Positions 25,328-34,352 of a stretch of 64,000 nt of DNA are shown here, one piece after another (positions within the stretch are counted from its first letter, which is position 1; each line of letters begins with the position of its first letter). Made by a program: the position numbers and the translations under genes. Source of the DNA: Patescibacteria group bacterium. Its GTDB lineage: Bacteria; Patescibacteriota; Saccharimonadia; UBA4664; SCTI01. The stretch spans positions 256,160 through 320,159 of the forward strand of contig SCTI01000002.1 of the NCBI GenBank assembly GCA_004297735.1, in the 5' to 3' direction. Below the pieces are notes generated by a model. That model did no database searches, had not been told where the DNA came from, and worked only from the letters and a program-made list of their open reading frames with translations.

Positions 25328-27868
25328 ATGAGGATGGAAAAAGCCTACGAGCCCGGTAAACACGAGGCCCGCATTTATAAGATGTGGGAAGATTCTGGCG
25401 CCTTTAAGCCAGCTGGGGATTCCAACAAAGAGCCGTTCTCGATCATCATGCCACCACCCAACGCCAACGGCAGCTTACATACTGGTCACGCCATGTTTAC
25501 GGTTGAGGACATCATGGTTCGCTACCATCGGATGCAGGGCAACCCCACTCTATGGCTTCCGGGGACCGATCACGCCGGCATCGAGACCCAGGTGGTGTTT
25601 GAGCGCGAGCTAGAAAAAGAGGGCAAGGACCGCTTTGATCTGGGACCAGAAGAGTTTTACAAGCAAGTTATGGCTTACACCAAGGATAACCAGGGCACTA
25701 TCATTGGTCAGCTCAAGAGCCTGGGCTTTAGCGCCGACTGGAGTCGCCTCAAGTTCACCCTGGACGACGACATTGTTGATACGGTTTACGACACCTTTAA
25801 ACGCTTACACGATGATGGGCTGGTATACCGTGCCAACCGAATTGTAAACTGGTGCCCTCGCTGCAACGCCGCCTTTGCTGATATTGAGATCAATCATCGC
25901 GAGCAGGCTGATCCCCTCTACTACCTGAAGTACGGGCCTTTTGTGCTGGCTACGGTTCGACCAGAAACCAAGTTTGGTGATACCGCTGTCGCGGTTCACC
26001 CAGATGATGAGCGCTACCAGAAGTACATTGGTCAGGAGATAGAGGTTGAGGGACTGCTTGGTGCCTTTAAGCTTAAGGTAATTGCTGATGAGCATGTGAA
26101 TCCTGAGTTTGGTACCGGAGTGGTTAAGGTTACCCCTGCTCATGATCCTAACGATTGGGAGATTGGCCAACGTCATAACCTAGAGGTCAAGCAAGCTATT
26201 GGCACCGATGGTCGCCTAACCGAGCTAGCTGGGAAGTACGCCGGAATGAAGGCTTCTGAGGCTCGTGAGGAGATTGCTCGAGATCTAGAAGTGATGGGCC
26301 TAATGGATCACATCGATATGAACTACACCCATAGTGTCGCCTATCATGGCCGCTGTGGAACCCAGATAGAGCCGCTGGTAACCGAGCAGTGGTGGCTTAA
26401 GGTAAAACCTTTGGTTGAACCAGCTATTAAGGCGGTTGAATCAGGTGAAATCCAGATAGTCCCCTCTCGCTTTAAAAAGGTTTATATCGATTGGCTTAAC
26501 AACCTTAAGGACTGGAATATTAGCCGCCAGATCTGGTGGGGCATCCAGATTCCGGTGTATTACAACGCCGACGAAAGCAATGGCAAGGATAAGTACCGAG
26601 TGTTTTCACGTGAAAACGATGCTATTGAATACTACGGCAAAGACGGTTACGAAGCAGATGTCGACACCTTTGATACCTGGTTTTCTAGTAGCCAATGGCC
26701 ATTTGCCACGCTGATGGCAACCGGTGACTTTGACCGGTTCTACCCTACTTCGGTTATGGAGACCGGTCGGGACATCCTCTTTCAGTGGGTTACTCGTATG
26801 GTTATGCTCGGGATATATCGCACCGGCAAGGTGCCATTTAAAACCATATATCTACACGGCTTGGTAAATGACGCTAAAGGGAAAAAGATGAGCAAGTCCA
26901 AGGGCAATGTAATCAACCCCTTGGAACTAACCGGGAAGTACGGTACCGACGCCCTGCGCTTAGCCCTTTCTATTGGTATTACTCCTGGGAATGACGGTTC
27001 TTTAGGTGAAAAAAAGGTTGAAGGTTATCGCAACTTTGCTAACAAGCTCTGGAATGTGGCTCGGTTTATCTTGGATAAAGCCGGGGACGACTACTCCTCT
27101 ACCCCACCTAAAGCTGAGACGTTGGCAGACACCTGGATTATGGATACGTTTTCACGTGAAAACGCGGCTATCACCAAGGCAATTGAAGGTTATAGGTTTA
27201 GCGAAGCTGGCGAAGGGGTCTACTCCCTACTCTGGAACGACCTGGCCGACTGGTATCTAGAGGCCTCCAAAGATCAAGCTAATACTCCCCTATTGGTTTG
27301 GTGCTTAGAGAACATTCTGAAGCTAGCCCACCCCTTTGCTCCGTTTGTGACCGAAGCAATTTGGCAAGAAATGCCTTGGCAAAAGCAAAATCTAATTGTT
27401 AGTCGATGGCCAGAATTAAAAGAAACCAGTAAAGAAGCGGCGCAATTTACCGGTATTATGGCTTTGGTAAGCCAGATTCGTAGCTTAAAGACTGAGTTAA
27501 AGATGGCCAAGCCAACCGTTCTTTACCTGAAATCTGATGCACTAACCGAGAACTCTAACCTAATTAAACGCTTAGCCGGAGTAGGGGAGTTAAAGGTAGC
27601 CGAAAGGGGAAGTGGGCTGCGTATACCGGTAACCGAGTTTGATGCTTGGCTCCAGGTGGATAATGAAACTTTGAACTCATACCGGGCCTCCTTGGAAAGC
27701 CGCCGCAAGGAAGCAGGGGAGTACCTTAAGCGGCTTGAGGGCCAGCTCAAGAATGAAAGTTATCTTAAAAATGCTCCAGCTAACCTGGTAGAAGAAACCA
27801 AGGATCGCGCCAAAGAGACCAAGCTGCTACTATCAAAGTTAGATGAACAGTTGGCTGCAATCGAGTAA
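25328..27868 (+). CDS. valS: Valine--tRNA ligase
   Basis: PPPNANGSLHTGH, DWNISRQIWWG, DTWFSS, KMSKS, C-terminal coiled coil. Confidence 0.97.
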   Translation: MRMEKAYEPGKHEARIYKMWEDSGAFKPAGDSNKEPFSIIMPPPNANGSLHTGHAMFTVEDIMVRYHRMQGNPTLWLPGTDHAGIETQVVFERELEKEGKDRFDLGPEEFYKQVMAYTKDNQGTIIGQLKSLGFSADWSRLKFTLDDDIVDTVYDTFKRLHDDGLVYRANRIVNWCPRCNAAFADIEINHREQADPLYYLKYGPFVLATVRPETKFGDTAVAVHPDDERYQKYIGQEIEVEGLLGAFKLKVIADEHVNPEFGTGVVKVTPAHDPNDWEIGQRHNLEVKQAIGTDGRLTELAGKYAGMKASEAREEIARDLEVMGLMDHIDMNYTHSVAYHGRCGTQIEPLVTEQWWLKVKPLVEPAIKAVESGEIQIVPSRFKKVYIDWLNNLKDWNISRQIWWGIQIPVYYNADESNGKDKYRVFSRENDAIEYYGKDGYEADVDTFDTWFSSSQWPFATLMATGDFDRFYPTSVMETGRDILFQWVTRMVMLGIYRTGKVPFKTIYLHGLVNDAKGKKMSKSKGNVINPLELTGKYGTDALRLALSIGITPGNDGSLGEKKVEGYRNFANKLWNVARFILDKAGDDYSSTPPKAETLADTWIMDTFSRENAAITKAIEGYRFSEAGEGVYSLLWNDLADWYLEASKDQANTPLLVWCLENILKLAHPFAPFVTEAIWQEMPWQKQNLIVSRWPELKETSKEAAQFTGIMALVSQIRSLKTELKMAKPTVLYLKSDALTENSNLIKRLAGVGELKVAERGSGLRIPVTEFDAWLQVDNETLNSYRASLESRRKEAGEYLKRLEGQLKNESYLKNAPANLVEETKDRAKETKLLLSKLDEQLAAIE
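26602..26617. promoter_or_regulatory. parS-like palindrome within valS
   Basis: GTTTTCACGTGAAAAC. Confidence 0.55.
27148..27163. promoter_or_regulatory. parS-like palindrome within valS (second identical copy)
   Basis: GTTTTCACGTGAAAAC, extends to an 18-bp palindrome. Confidence 0.55.
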
Positions 27869-28562
27869 TAAGAGTTTTTGGGCAGTAGCGATAAGCACTC
27901 TGGTGGTGGCTGCCTGCACCATGGTAGCTGGGGCAAGTCTTGGCCAGCACTATATTCATAATCGCGCTCACGATTTAGCCGTACTAAGCCAGCAACAACA
28001 GATTGAGCCAGAAGTAGGTTACCAGGCGGCACTACTGCTCAATCCCAATGAGTCAACCGCTTTAAGCGGCCTTGGGGAGTACTACATTAGCCGTTGGCAG
28101 CCCGCCAAGGCGCTTGAGAGGCTGCCAGAAGCTTCGAACACCGCTGAGCTGCGACTTACTCGAGCCAAAGCGCTTATGGAGCTAGGAAGGGCCGAGAATG
28201 CGGCAGAGGCAACTCAAATTAGCGCCGAGGAGCAACAAGCGATTAAGAGTGGGGGAGTGGCTGCGGCTGAAGTGTTGCTGCAAAAGGGAATGCCTCAATC
28301 GGCTTTACGGGTATTGCAGTCAGATAGCACCGACTCAGCCCGACGCTATATGGTAGAGGCTTCAATTTGGATCAATAAGCCTGGGGCTACCAAGGAGGAG
28401 CAGGAGCGCGCTATCTCGGTACTTAATGACGGCATTAAACGCCACCCGGTTAACCTGGCGCTGCAGAAACAGCTCTACCAGACTTATCTTGATTTGGGCC
28501 AGGAAGACGAGGCTAACCGTCAGCTGGAGCTGGTGCAAAAATTAGAAGCGGGCAAGTTTTAA
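27843..28562 (+). CDS. Membrane-anchored TPR-like protein
   Basis: N-terminal TM; YQAALLLNP..STALSGLG, AKALMELG, LYQTYLDLG..DEA. Confidence 0.7.
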   Translation: MNSWLQSSNKSFWAVAISTLVVAACTMVAGASLGQHYIHNRAHDLAVLSQQQQIEPEVGYQAALLLNPNESTALSGLGEYYISRWQPAKALERLPEASNTAELRLTRAKALMELGRAENAAEATQISAEEQQAIKSGGVAAAEVLLQKGMPQSALRVLQSDSTDSARRYMVEASIWINKPGATKEEQERAISVLNDGIKRHPVNLALQKQLYQTYLDLGQEDEANRQLELVQKLEAGKF

Positions 28563-28569
28563 TAATTCC

Positions 28570-28662
28570 TGGCGGAGAGGGAGGGATTCGAACCCTCGCG
28601 GGAGATTGCTCCCCCCTACCGGTTTAGCAAACCAGCCCCTTCAGCCACTTGGGTACCTCTCC
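28570..28662 (-). tRNA. tRNA-Ser(GCT)
   Basis: Anticodon arm CTGGT-TTGCTAA-ACCGG; long variable arm; CCA. Confidence 0.95.
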
Positions 28663-28702
28663 GTGTTGGTGGCTACAACCGATGATTATACGCAAAAAAG
28701 TC

Positions 28703-29617
28703 CTATCTGGGAACAGTGTTGTCTTGGTATTCGGGCGTTTGGTAACGGTCAGGATAGTAAAGATCCATAATCTGATAAGCAAATTTTGGGTTGGCGCCCC
28801 TTTTGATAAAGTTTTTCTTAATGTCATCTTCAATTTCTTTTGGAGTTGGAGGCTCCTCGCCTTCTCGATAAGGACGATAATTATCCATGGCATCAAACTT
28901 ATCACCAGCTTCAAGAAACTGCTGCAAAATTCTAATCTTTTTGCGATCCTCTTTACTGTGGATACCTAAATCAACCATTACCGATTCAGCGTCACTTGAG
29001 GACAAGGTGGGGTATTCTTGAAGCTGGTGATGTAGAGCTACCAGAGCTAAGATTCGGGGATCATCTACTGGGTGCTCCCGCTGTAAACGCCTTACACTTA
29101 GCAGGGGATGGGAGTGGAGCTTAACTTTTTTACGCTCATCAGATTTAAACCGTCGCTTTACCTGGTGAGCCAAAACCATTTCGTCAGTTAGATTGCCTTT
29201 TTTGTCATTTTGTTGAAGTTTTGGCAGATCGAGCTTGCCGATATCGTGCAGGAAGCCTGCTTGAGCAAGAATCTTAATGTCCTCAGCTGTTATTCCCTCT
29301 AGGTGACGGTTGATCCAGGCTAATGCTACAGCATTCTGGGTTACTCCCATGGTATGCTCATGGGTTTCTGGGTCTAGCTTTTTTAGGTCTGCTAAGTGAA
29401 AACGAGTTTCTGGACGATGAAGGGCGTGCTCATATAGAGTGTACGGCTCCCGCGGAAGAACCATGTGTCTTTCGTCCCCCTCGCCTTCAACTCTTGGAGA
29501 ACTTCCGCCAAGCTGCTGCTCAAGCTGGCGGAGGGAATCAGATTTATCACGCTCTTCTAATGGAGAATGGAACTTGGATTCTTCTGATTCTTCGGGGTGA
29601 ATAAGTAATTCTGGCAT
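28703..29617 (-). CDS. HD/HD-GYP-like phosphohydrolase
   Basis: HEHT..V, LHDIGK, HP, HH, DKFDAM..YRPYR; start MPELL at 29617 because the track start lies inside the tRNA. Confidence 0.8.
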   Translation of the reverse strand: MPELLIHPEESEESKFHSPLEERDKSDSLRQLEQQLGGSSPRVEGEGDERHMVLPREPYTLYEHALHRPETRFHLADLKKLDPETHEHTMGVTQNAVALAWINRHLEGITAEDIKILAQAGFLHDIGKLDLPKLQQNDKKGNLTDEMVLAHQVKRRFKSDERKKVKLHSHPLLSVRRLQREHPVDDPRILALVALHHQLQEYPTLSSSDAESVMVDLGIHSKEDRKKIRILQQFLEAGDKFDAMDNYRPYREGEEPPTPKEIEDDIKKNFIKRGANPKFAYQIMDLYYPDRYQTPEYQDNTVPR

Positions 29618-29662
29618 AGCGGTTGTGCTTTCTATGCTCAGTATACCGCATCTAATAAGTCC

Positions 29663-29752
29663 TGGCGGAGAGGGTGGGATTCGAACCCACGATACCCTTT
29701 CGGGCATACCGCTTTTCGAGAGCGGCGCCTTCAACCACTCGGCCACCTCTCC
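29663..29752 (-). tRNA. tRNA-Ser(CGA)
   Basis: Anticodon arm CCGCT-CTCGAAA-AGCGG; CCA. Confidence 0.96.
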
Positions 29753-29769
29753 AGGTGGGGCTGGGGCAA

Positions 29770-29795
29770 GGTCCGACCCGGCAAAAGGTCCGACC
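29770..29795. repeat. GGTCCGACC palindrome x2 at 17-bp period
   Basis: Copies at 29770 and 29787 between two tRNAs. Confidence 0.85.
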
Positions 29796-29808
29796 TCTTT
29801 ATAATTCC

Positions 29809-29885
29809 TGGCGCGCTCGGCAGGATTCGAACCTGCGACCTCCAGTACCGCAAACTGACGCTCTATCCAGCTGAGCTACGAGCGC
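29809..29885 (-). tRNA. tRNA-Arg(GCG)
   Basis: GCGCTCGTAGCTCAGCTGGATAGAGC...; anticodon loop TTGCGGT; CCA. Confidence 0.92.
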
Positions 29886-29940
29886 ACGTACCAAGGAATT
29901 AACTGCTAAAGATTAGCACAAATCAGGTGTGGTGAAAAGC

Positions 29941-30603
29941 CTAAAACCGGAGGTAGCGAGTTAGGCTTTCAATCCAATCGGGATCGCGATCGACTCGCGG
30001 CAAATGCTGGCTCAGAATTTGATCGATTGTTTGAATGTCATCATTTTCGCAAATAAGGGTCAGGCGGGGAACAAAGCGCTTGATTGGCTCGAGGTCAACG
30101 CTGTACCAGCCGGTGTCCTGCATCACGCTATAGGAGTGAAAGGAGGAGTAGGCGGTGATGTTGCCATGGATATTGACCCCGCTTGCATCTAGCTGGTAGC
30201 TGAGGGTTCGTGGCTGCTTACGGGAGTAGATCATAACTGCGAGCGCCATAACCACCACCACAGCAATACTCAGCCACTGCTGAAAAAAGCCCAGTACTGC
30301 AGCAATTATGGCTGTGGCAAGCCATAAACCCAAATACCAAAAGGCCGGCTTTTGGTGGTAAATATACTCGGAGGCCTCCCAGGTATAGCTTTGGGGGAGG
30401 TTAGGGTCAACGACCGGAGCGGCTGGAGGAGGAGGGGTGGCTGCTGGTTTATCGCCCTCGGGTTGAGGCTGTGCTTCCGGTTGGGGAGCTGGAGCCGATG
30501 GGGGAGTTGGCGGCTGCGGAACGGGTGGTACAGCTGGAGTCGGTGGGGTCGGGAGGGGTGGCACCGGAGTAGGGTTATTTGGTTGTCCGGTTTGTGGATC
30601 CAC
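29941..30603 (-). CDS. Membrane protein with Pro-rich N-terminus and 2 TM segments
   Basis: WEASEYIYHQK..FW, two TMs, then a soluble domain. Confidence 0.7.
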   Translation of the reverse strand: MDPQTGQPNNPTPVPPLPTPPTPAVPPVPQPPTPPSAPAPQPEAQPQPEGDKPAATPPPPAAPVVDPNLPQSYTWEASEYIYHQKPAFWYLGLWLATAIIAAVLGFFQQWLSIAVVVVMALAVMIYSRKQPRTLSYQLDASGVNIHGNITAYSSFHSYSVMQDTGWYSVDLEPIKRFVPRLTLICENDDIQTIDQILSQHLPRVDRDPDWIESLTRYLRF

Positions 30604-30668
30604 GCTCGCCTCATTTAGGTTATCTTTATTATAACTGTTGGCGGTGAGCTGGCAATGAGCTAAAATGA

Positions 30669-30711
30669 GGTCCGACCCGGCAAAAGGTCAGACCTTCAGC
30701 TAGGTCAGACC
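30669..30711. repeat. GGTC(C/A)GACC palindrome x3 at 17-bp period
   Basis: Copies at 30669, 30686, 30703, directly before tRNA-Ser(TGA). Confidence 0.85.
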
Positions 30712-30718
30712 TCTACGC

Positions 30719-30808
30719 GGAGGGGTGGCCGAGTGGTTGAAGGCACTGGTCTTGAAAACCAGCAGGCCCGAAAGGGTCTCGTGGGTTCGAATCCCACCTC
30801 CTCCGCCA
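30719..30808 (+). tRNA. tRNA-Ser(TGA)
   Basis: Anticodon arm CTGGT-CTTGAAA-ACCAG; CCA. Confidence 0.96.
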
Positions 30809-30892
30809 TTGCAATTATTAGAATATAAGCTCAATAACAAAAGAAGCCTTGCGGAAGGAGCATACTGCTCCGTGCAGGATTCGTATCTCTTG

Positions 30893-30921
30893 TTGACGCT
30901 ATGACGTCATAGCGCTATAAT
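30893..30921 (+). promoter_or_regulatory. TA promoter with overlapping operator palindrome
   Basis: TTGACG-17 nt-TATAAT; perfect 18-bp palindrome CGCTATGACGTCATAGCG at 30897-30914. Confidence 0.8.
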
Positions 30922-30927
30922 GGCTAT

Positions 30928-31167
30928 ATGAGTAATCTAACCAATAAAACCACTATTTATCTTGATGCTTCTGTGAAGAAATTTATGCAGCATAAAGCTG
31001 TAGCTGAGGGGCGCTCGGTGTCTGAAATTGTTAATGAACAGTTTGCCGACATGATGGAGGACTTACACGACATTAAGGTTGTCCATGAGCGGCGCAATGA
31101 GCCGACATACCCATTTGAAAAGGTTATGCAGGAGCTCGGTATAACCTATGACCAGTTACGAGATTGA
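30928..31167 (+). CDS. Ribbon-helix-helix antitoxin (RelB/CopG-like)
   Basis: KTTIYLD...KAVAEGRSVSEIV, acidic C-terminus; overlaps the toxin gene. Confidence 0.8.
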   Translation: MSNLTNKTTIYLDASVKKFMQHKAVAEGRSVSEIVNEQFADMMEDLHDIKVVHERRNEPTYPFEKVMQELGITYDQLRD

Positions 31168-31411
31168 GTTCACCAAAAGCGCTCAAAAGGAGTTATCTAA
31201 GCTACCTTCAAAAACCCGTCTCCGAATAGCAAAGGCCATTTATCAACTGCGAGAGAATCCTCGAACCGGCAACACTCGCTCCATGGTGGGCATACCAAGT
31301 TGGCGACTCCGAGTTGGTGATTACCGTGTGGTATATGACATTACCGATCAAAAACTTACTATTTTGGTGGTGAGGGTACGTCATCGTCGCGATATTTATA
31401 AGCAGCTTTAG
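31148..31411 (+). CDS. RelE/ParE-family toxin
   Basis: YEIEFTKSAQKEL.KL, WRLRVGDYRVVY, HRRDIY. Confidence 0.92.
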   Translation: MTSYEIEFTKSAQKELSKLPSKTRLRIAKAIYQLRENPRTGNTRSMVGIPSWRLRVGDYRVVYDITDQKLTILVVRVRHRRDIYKQL

Positions 31412-32021
31412 TCGAGTAATTATCTGCCAGTACGGCCGCCCAGACCTGGGTGGCCCCAGCTTGGCGTAGCAACTCGGCCCCAGTCGCCAGTGTCGCACCA
31501 GTTGAGATAACATCGTCTACCAGAAGGACCCGTTGACCAGCGAGGTTAGCCGTCGTGCCATAGTTAGCCCGGGCCTGCTCCATTCGCTTAACCCGCGAAT
31601 GCCCCAACTGCCTTTCTTGTGACCTGCGAAACAACAGCTGGCGATAGGGGAGCCGAAGCTCATGTGCAACGTGAAGCCCAAGCAGCTTACCGTGATCAAA
31701 ACCCCGCTGCCGCACACGTTTGGTAGCGGTTGGTGTTGTGGTAACTACATCAAAGTCGCGATGGGGGAGAGCGGCAATAATTAGCCCCGCAATAACTTTT
31801 GCGGCCTCTCTTTGGCGCTCAAATTTGAGCCGATGAACAAGCTGCTTACCCAAACCGTCATAGCTAAAAACGGCCGACAAGCCGGTGAGCGGAAATTGTG
31901 TTCGCCTAGCAACGTTCGCTCGCTGCGCAGTCGCAATGCAGTTTTGACAGACCACAATACCCGGCTTTTTACAGCCAACACAGGCAGGCGGAGCTAAGAG
32001 CCGGGCTAAGGGTTGGAGCAT
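31359..32021 (-). CDS. comF: ComF/ComFC-family protein (Zn ribbon plus PRTase)
   Basis: CVGC..CQNC, RGFDH, LLVDDVISTGAT. Confidence 0.88.
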   Translation of the reverse strand: MLQPLARLLAPPACVGCKKPGIVVCQNCIATAQRANVARRTQFPLTGLSAVFSYDGLGKQLVHRLKFERQREAAKVIAGLIIAALPHRDFDVVTTTPTATKRVRQRGFDHGKLLGLHVAHELRLPYRQLLFRRSQERQLGHSRVKRMEQARANYGTTANLAGQRVLLVDDVISTGATLATGAELLRQAGATQVWAAVLADNYSTKAAYKYRDDDVPSPPK

Positions 32022-32171
32022 ATTACAAGTTTAGATAACTTAAATTAAATATTGATGAACGCGCCAGCGGTTGCGTAAAAATAAGGAATATGGCTATAAT
32101 GAGCCAAAGGCAGTGGGGAACGCAGAGGGTGAGAGCCGTATCCAGCTGTTCGCTAATCTAAGGAGAGGACC

Positions 32172-32609
32172 GTGGCAAAAAAGAATCCGACCAACGATGA
32201 AAGCGTTTTGCAGGACGAGTTCCTACAGGACGAAGAGGTTAACACCAACTGGCTCAACGATGATGAGGGTGCTGGCATTGAAGGTCAGCTAGCCGTTGAC
32301 GTTTACCAGACCAAAGAGAGTGTGGTTATTAAGGCCCCGATTGCCGGCGTTGATTTCCGCAACCTCGATGTTGCCATCGCCGAAGACGTTGTAACCATTC
32401 GGGGTGAACGAGTCGAAGAAGAATCAATCAGCCGTGAAGACTACTACGTGGCTGAATGTTACTGGGGAGCCTTTAGTCGCTCAATCATTATGCCGGTAAG
32501 CGTTAATGCCGATAAGGCGGAAGCCAGCTTAAAGAACGGCGTACTGGTTATTACCATCCCTAAGGTGGTGCAGGATAAGGTTAAGAAGATCAAGGTTGTT
32601 GCTAGCTAA
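32172..32609 (+). CDS. Hsp20/alpha-crystallin small heat-shock protein
   Basis: GQLAVDVYQT, ECYWGAFSRSI, LKNGVLVITIPK; AAGGAG SD, GTG start. Confidence 0.92.
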   Translation: MAKKNPTNDESVLQDEFLQDEEVNTNWLNDDEGAGIEGQLAVDVYQTKESVVIKAPIAGVDFRNLDVAIAEDVVTIRGERVEEESISREDYYVAECYWGAFSRSIIMPVSVNADKAEASLKNGVLVITIPKVVQDKVKKIKVVAS

Positions 32610-32628
32610 GATTTATTAATCGACCATT

Positions 32629-32657
32629 AAAAAAGAGCCTTAACGGCTCTTTTTTAA
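32629..32657. terminator. Bidirectional terminator between hsp20 and the pilin array
   Basis: AAAAAAGAGCC-TTAAC-GGCTCTTTTTT. Confidence 0.8.
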
Positions 32658-32672
32658 TTACTGAGCTTAAAC

Positions 32673-33104
32673 TTAGCTAGTTGGGCTAGCGGTTAATGAA
32701 CCGGTGACAAAACCGACCACGGCGTAGGCCAAAATAGCGACTACGATACCAACGATTGAGTAAATGATGGTGTTTTTAGCAGCGGTTACTTGGTCGGAGT
32801 TACCGGATGAAATCACGTACCGGAATCCACCGTAAATCAACATGATAACCGAAACAGCACCCACCAAGAAGATGAGGATGTTTGAGATTTGCGAGAAGAC
32901 GCCGTTGGCGCCAAACAAGCTGTCGGCACTACTGGTACCCTTGGAGCAGTCTACGCCCTGATTGATCGTGGAGTTGGCCGGATCAATGGTGGCGGGGCAG
33001 TCCGGGCCGGCGGCACCCATGGCGGTGGCTGGCAAAAAGGTGCTAGCAACCACACTGGCGCGCAGGGCGGTGTGTGCAATTGGATTTGATGTTAGTGATT
33101 TCAC
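32673..33104 (-). CDS. VirB2/TrbC-like T4SS pilin 1
   Basis: Signal peptide, Cys pair, IYGGFRYVISSGN..VTAAKNTIIY..VG. Confidence 0.85.
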   Translation of the reverse strand: MKSLTSNPIAHTALRASVVASTFLPATAMGAAGPDCPATIDPANSTINQGVDCSKGTSSADSLFGANGVFSQISNILIFLVGAVSVIMLIYGGFRYVISSGNSDQVTAAKNTIIYSIVGIVVAILAYAVVGFVTGSLTASPTS

Positions 33105-33182
33105 AAGTCTATTCCTGCTTAATGCTTATACTTAGTTTCTGAGGCGAGTATATACCATCTGGCCTTCAGGTTGCAAATCTGT

Positions 33183-33590
33183 CTAGCCCAGAGCGCCTAC
33201 AACAAAGTTGACGACCGCGTAGGCCAAGATTGCAACCACAATCCCGATGATGGCATAGAGGATGGTACTTTTAGCGTCCTCAACGTTCTTGGAGTTACCG
33301 GCGGATGTAACATACCGGAACCCACCGTAAATCAGGGCGATGACAGCCACGGCCCCAACCAAGAAGAGAACGGTGTTGGTAATGTCGCGGAATGATGTAG
33401 TAAGGTCGGCTGGAGTGGTACCCTTAAAGTCAGTGCCAGCACCCTCGCCAGGACGGGACGATTGCGCCCCTTGCTTAATTGGCGATACAGGCTCGTCAGC
33501 AAAAACAGCCGGTGTGTATGCTGTTAATATCGCAGCCGCCATTAAAAGTTGATGTTTTGCCTTACGAAACACAATTATCCTCCTAACCAA
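33183..33590 (-). CDS. VirB2/TrbC-like T4SS pilin 2
   Basis: IYGGFRYVTSAGN..VEDAKSTILYAIIG. Confidence 0.85.
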   Translation of the reverse strand: MVRRIIVFRKAKHQLLMAAAILTAYTPAVFADEPVSPIKQGAQSSRPGEGAGTDFKGTTPADLTTSFRDITNTVLFLVGAVAVIALIYGGFRYVTSAGNSKNVEDAKSTILYAIIGIVVAILAYAVVNFVVGALG

Positions 33591-33981
33591 TTCTACTTAT
33601 GATGAAGTTTACTATAGCGTAAGCCAGAATTGCCACCACCAGACCGGTTATAGCATAAATGATGGTATGCTTGGCGGCCTCAATTTGGGCAGAATTACCG
33701 GTTGAGGCAACGTAGCGGAATCCACCGTAAATCAAGGCGATAACTGCGATAGCTCCAACCAAATAAAGCAGGACGTTGGAAGCTGTACGAAAGGTTTTCT
33801 TGAGTGAGTCATCGGAGGTACCTGGGCTACCACTGCAAGAATTACCTCCACCAATGTTCGCCCCATTACAAATCTCGCTTTCGGTAGTGGCATGAGCTGC
33901 AGGAGCAACAGTCACAGCGACTGGCGCAGAAAAAATAAGCGCCAAGAACACAATATGCAGAGAAGCAATAAATCGTCTCAT
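33583..33981 (-). CDS. VirB2/TrbC-like T4SS pilin 3
   Basis: IYGGFRYVASTGN..IEAAKHTIIYAITG. Confidence 0.85.
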   Translation of the reverse strand: MRRFIASLHIVFLALIFSAPVAVTVAPAAHATTESEICNGANIGGGNSCSGSPGTSDDSLKKTFRTASNVLLYLVGAIAVIALIYGGFRYVASTGNSAQIEAAKHTIIYAITGLVVAILAYAIVNFIISRIG

Positions 33982-34352
33982 TAGAATAAACTCCCAATCA
34001 CAAAGCCAACGATCTGTCGTGCCAACAGCGCTACAATTAGGCCGGTAACGGCGTAAACAATGGTGTTTTTAGCCTGCTTAATCCGATCTTGGTCGCCGGT
34101 AGAAGTGACATAACGTACCGCGCCTATTAGCAGAGCAATGACAGCAAGCGCGCCAACTAGGAAGAAAACCGAGTTGAGAATGTTTCCCAGGGCACCCTCA
34201 AATCCGCTCTTGTCACAAGGGGCACCAGCTGCACTGGCGCCTTTGCAGGCTGGACTCGGAGTATCTTCTGCCAAAGCGGCGAGGGGGGAGGATAAGACGG
34301 CTACTTGAACCGCAACCGTTACAGCAAGTAATTTTTTATTTAATGGCTTCAT
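33981..34352 (-). CDS. VirB2/TrbC-like T4SS pilin 4
   Basis: GAVRYVTSTGD..IKQAKNTIVYAVTG. Confidence 0.85.
   Translation of the reverse strand: MKPLNKKLLAVTVAVQVAVLSSPLAALAEDTPSPACKGASAAGAPCDKSGFEGALGNILNSVFFLVGALAVIALLIGAVRYVTSTGDQDRIKQAKNTIVYAVTGLIVALLARQIVGFVIGSLF

Noticed and set aside
29618-29746. N-terminal extension of the 347-aa HD ORF
   Set aside because: It is a translation of tRNA-Ser(CGA); the real start is at 29617
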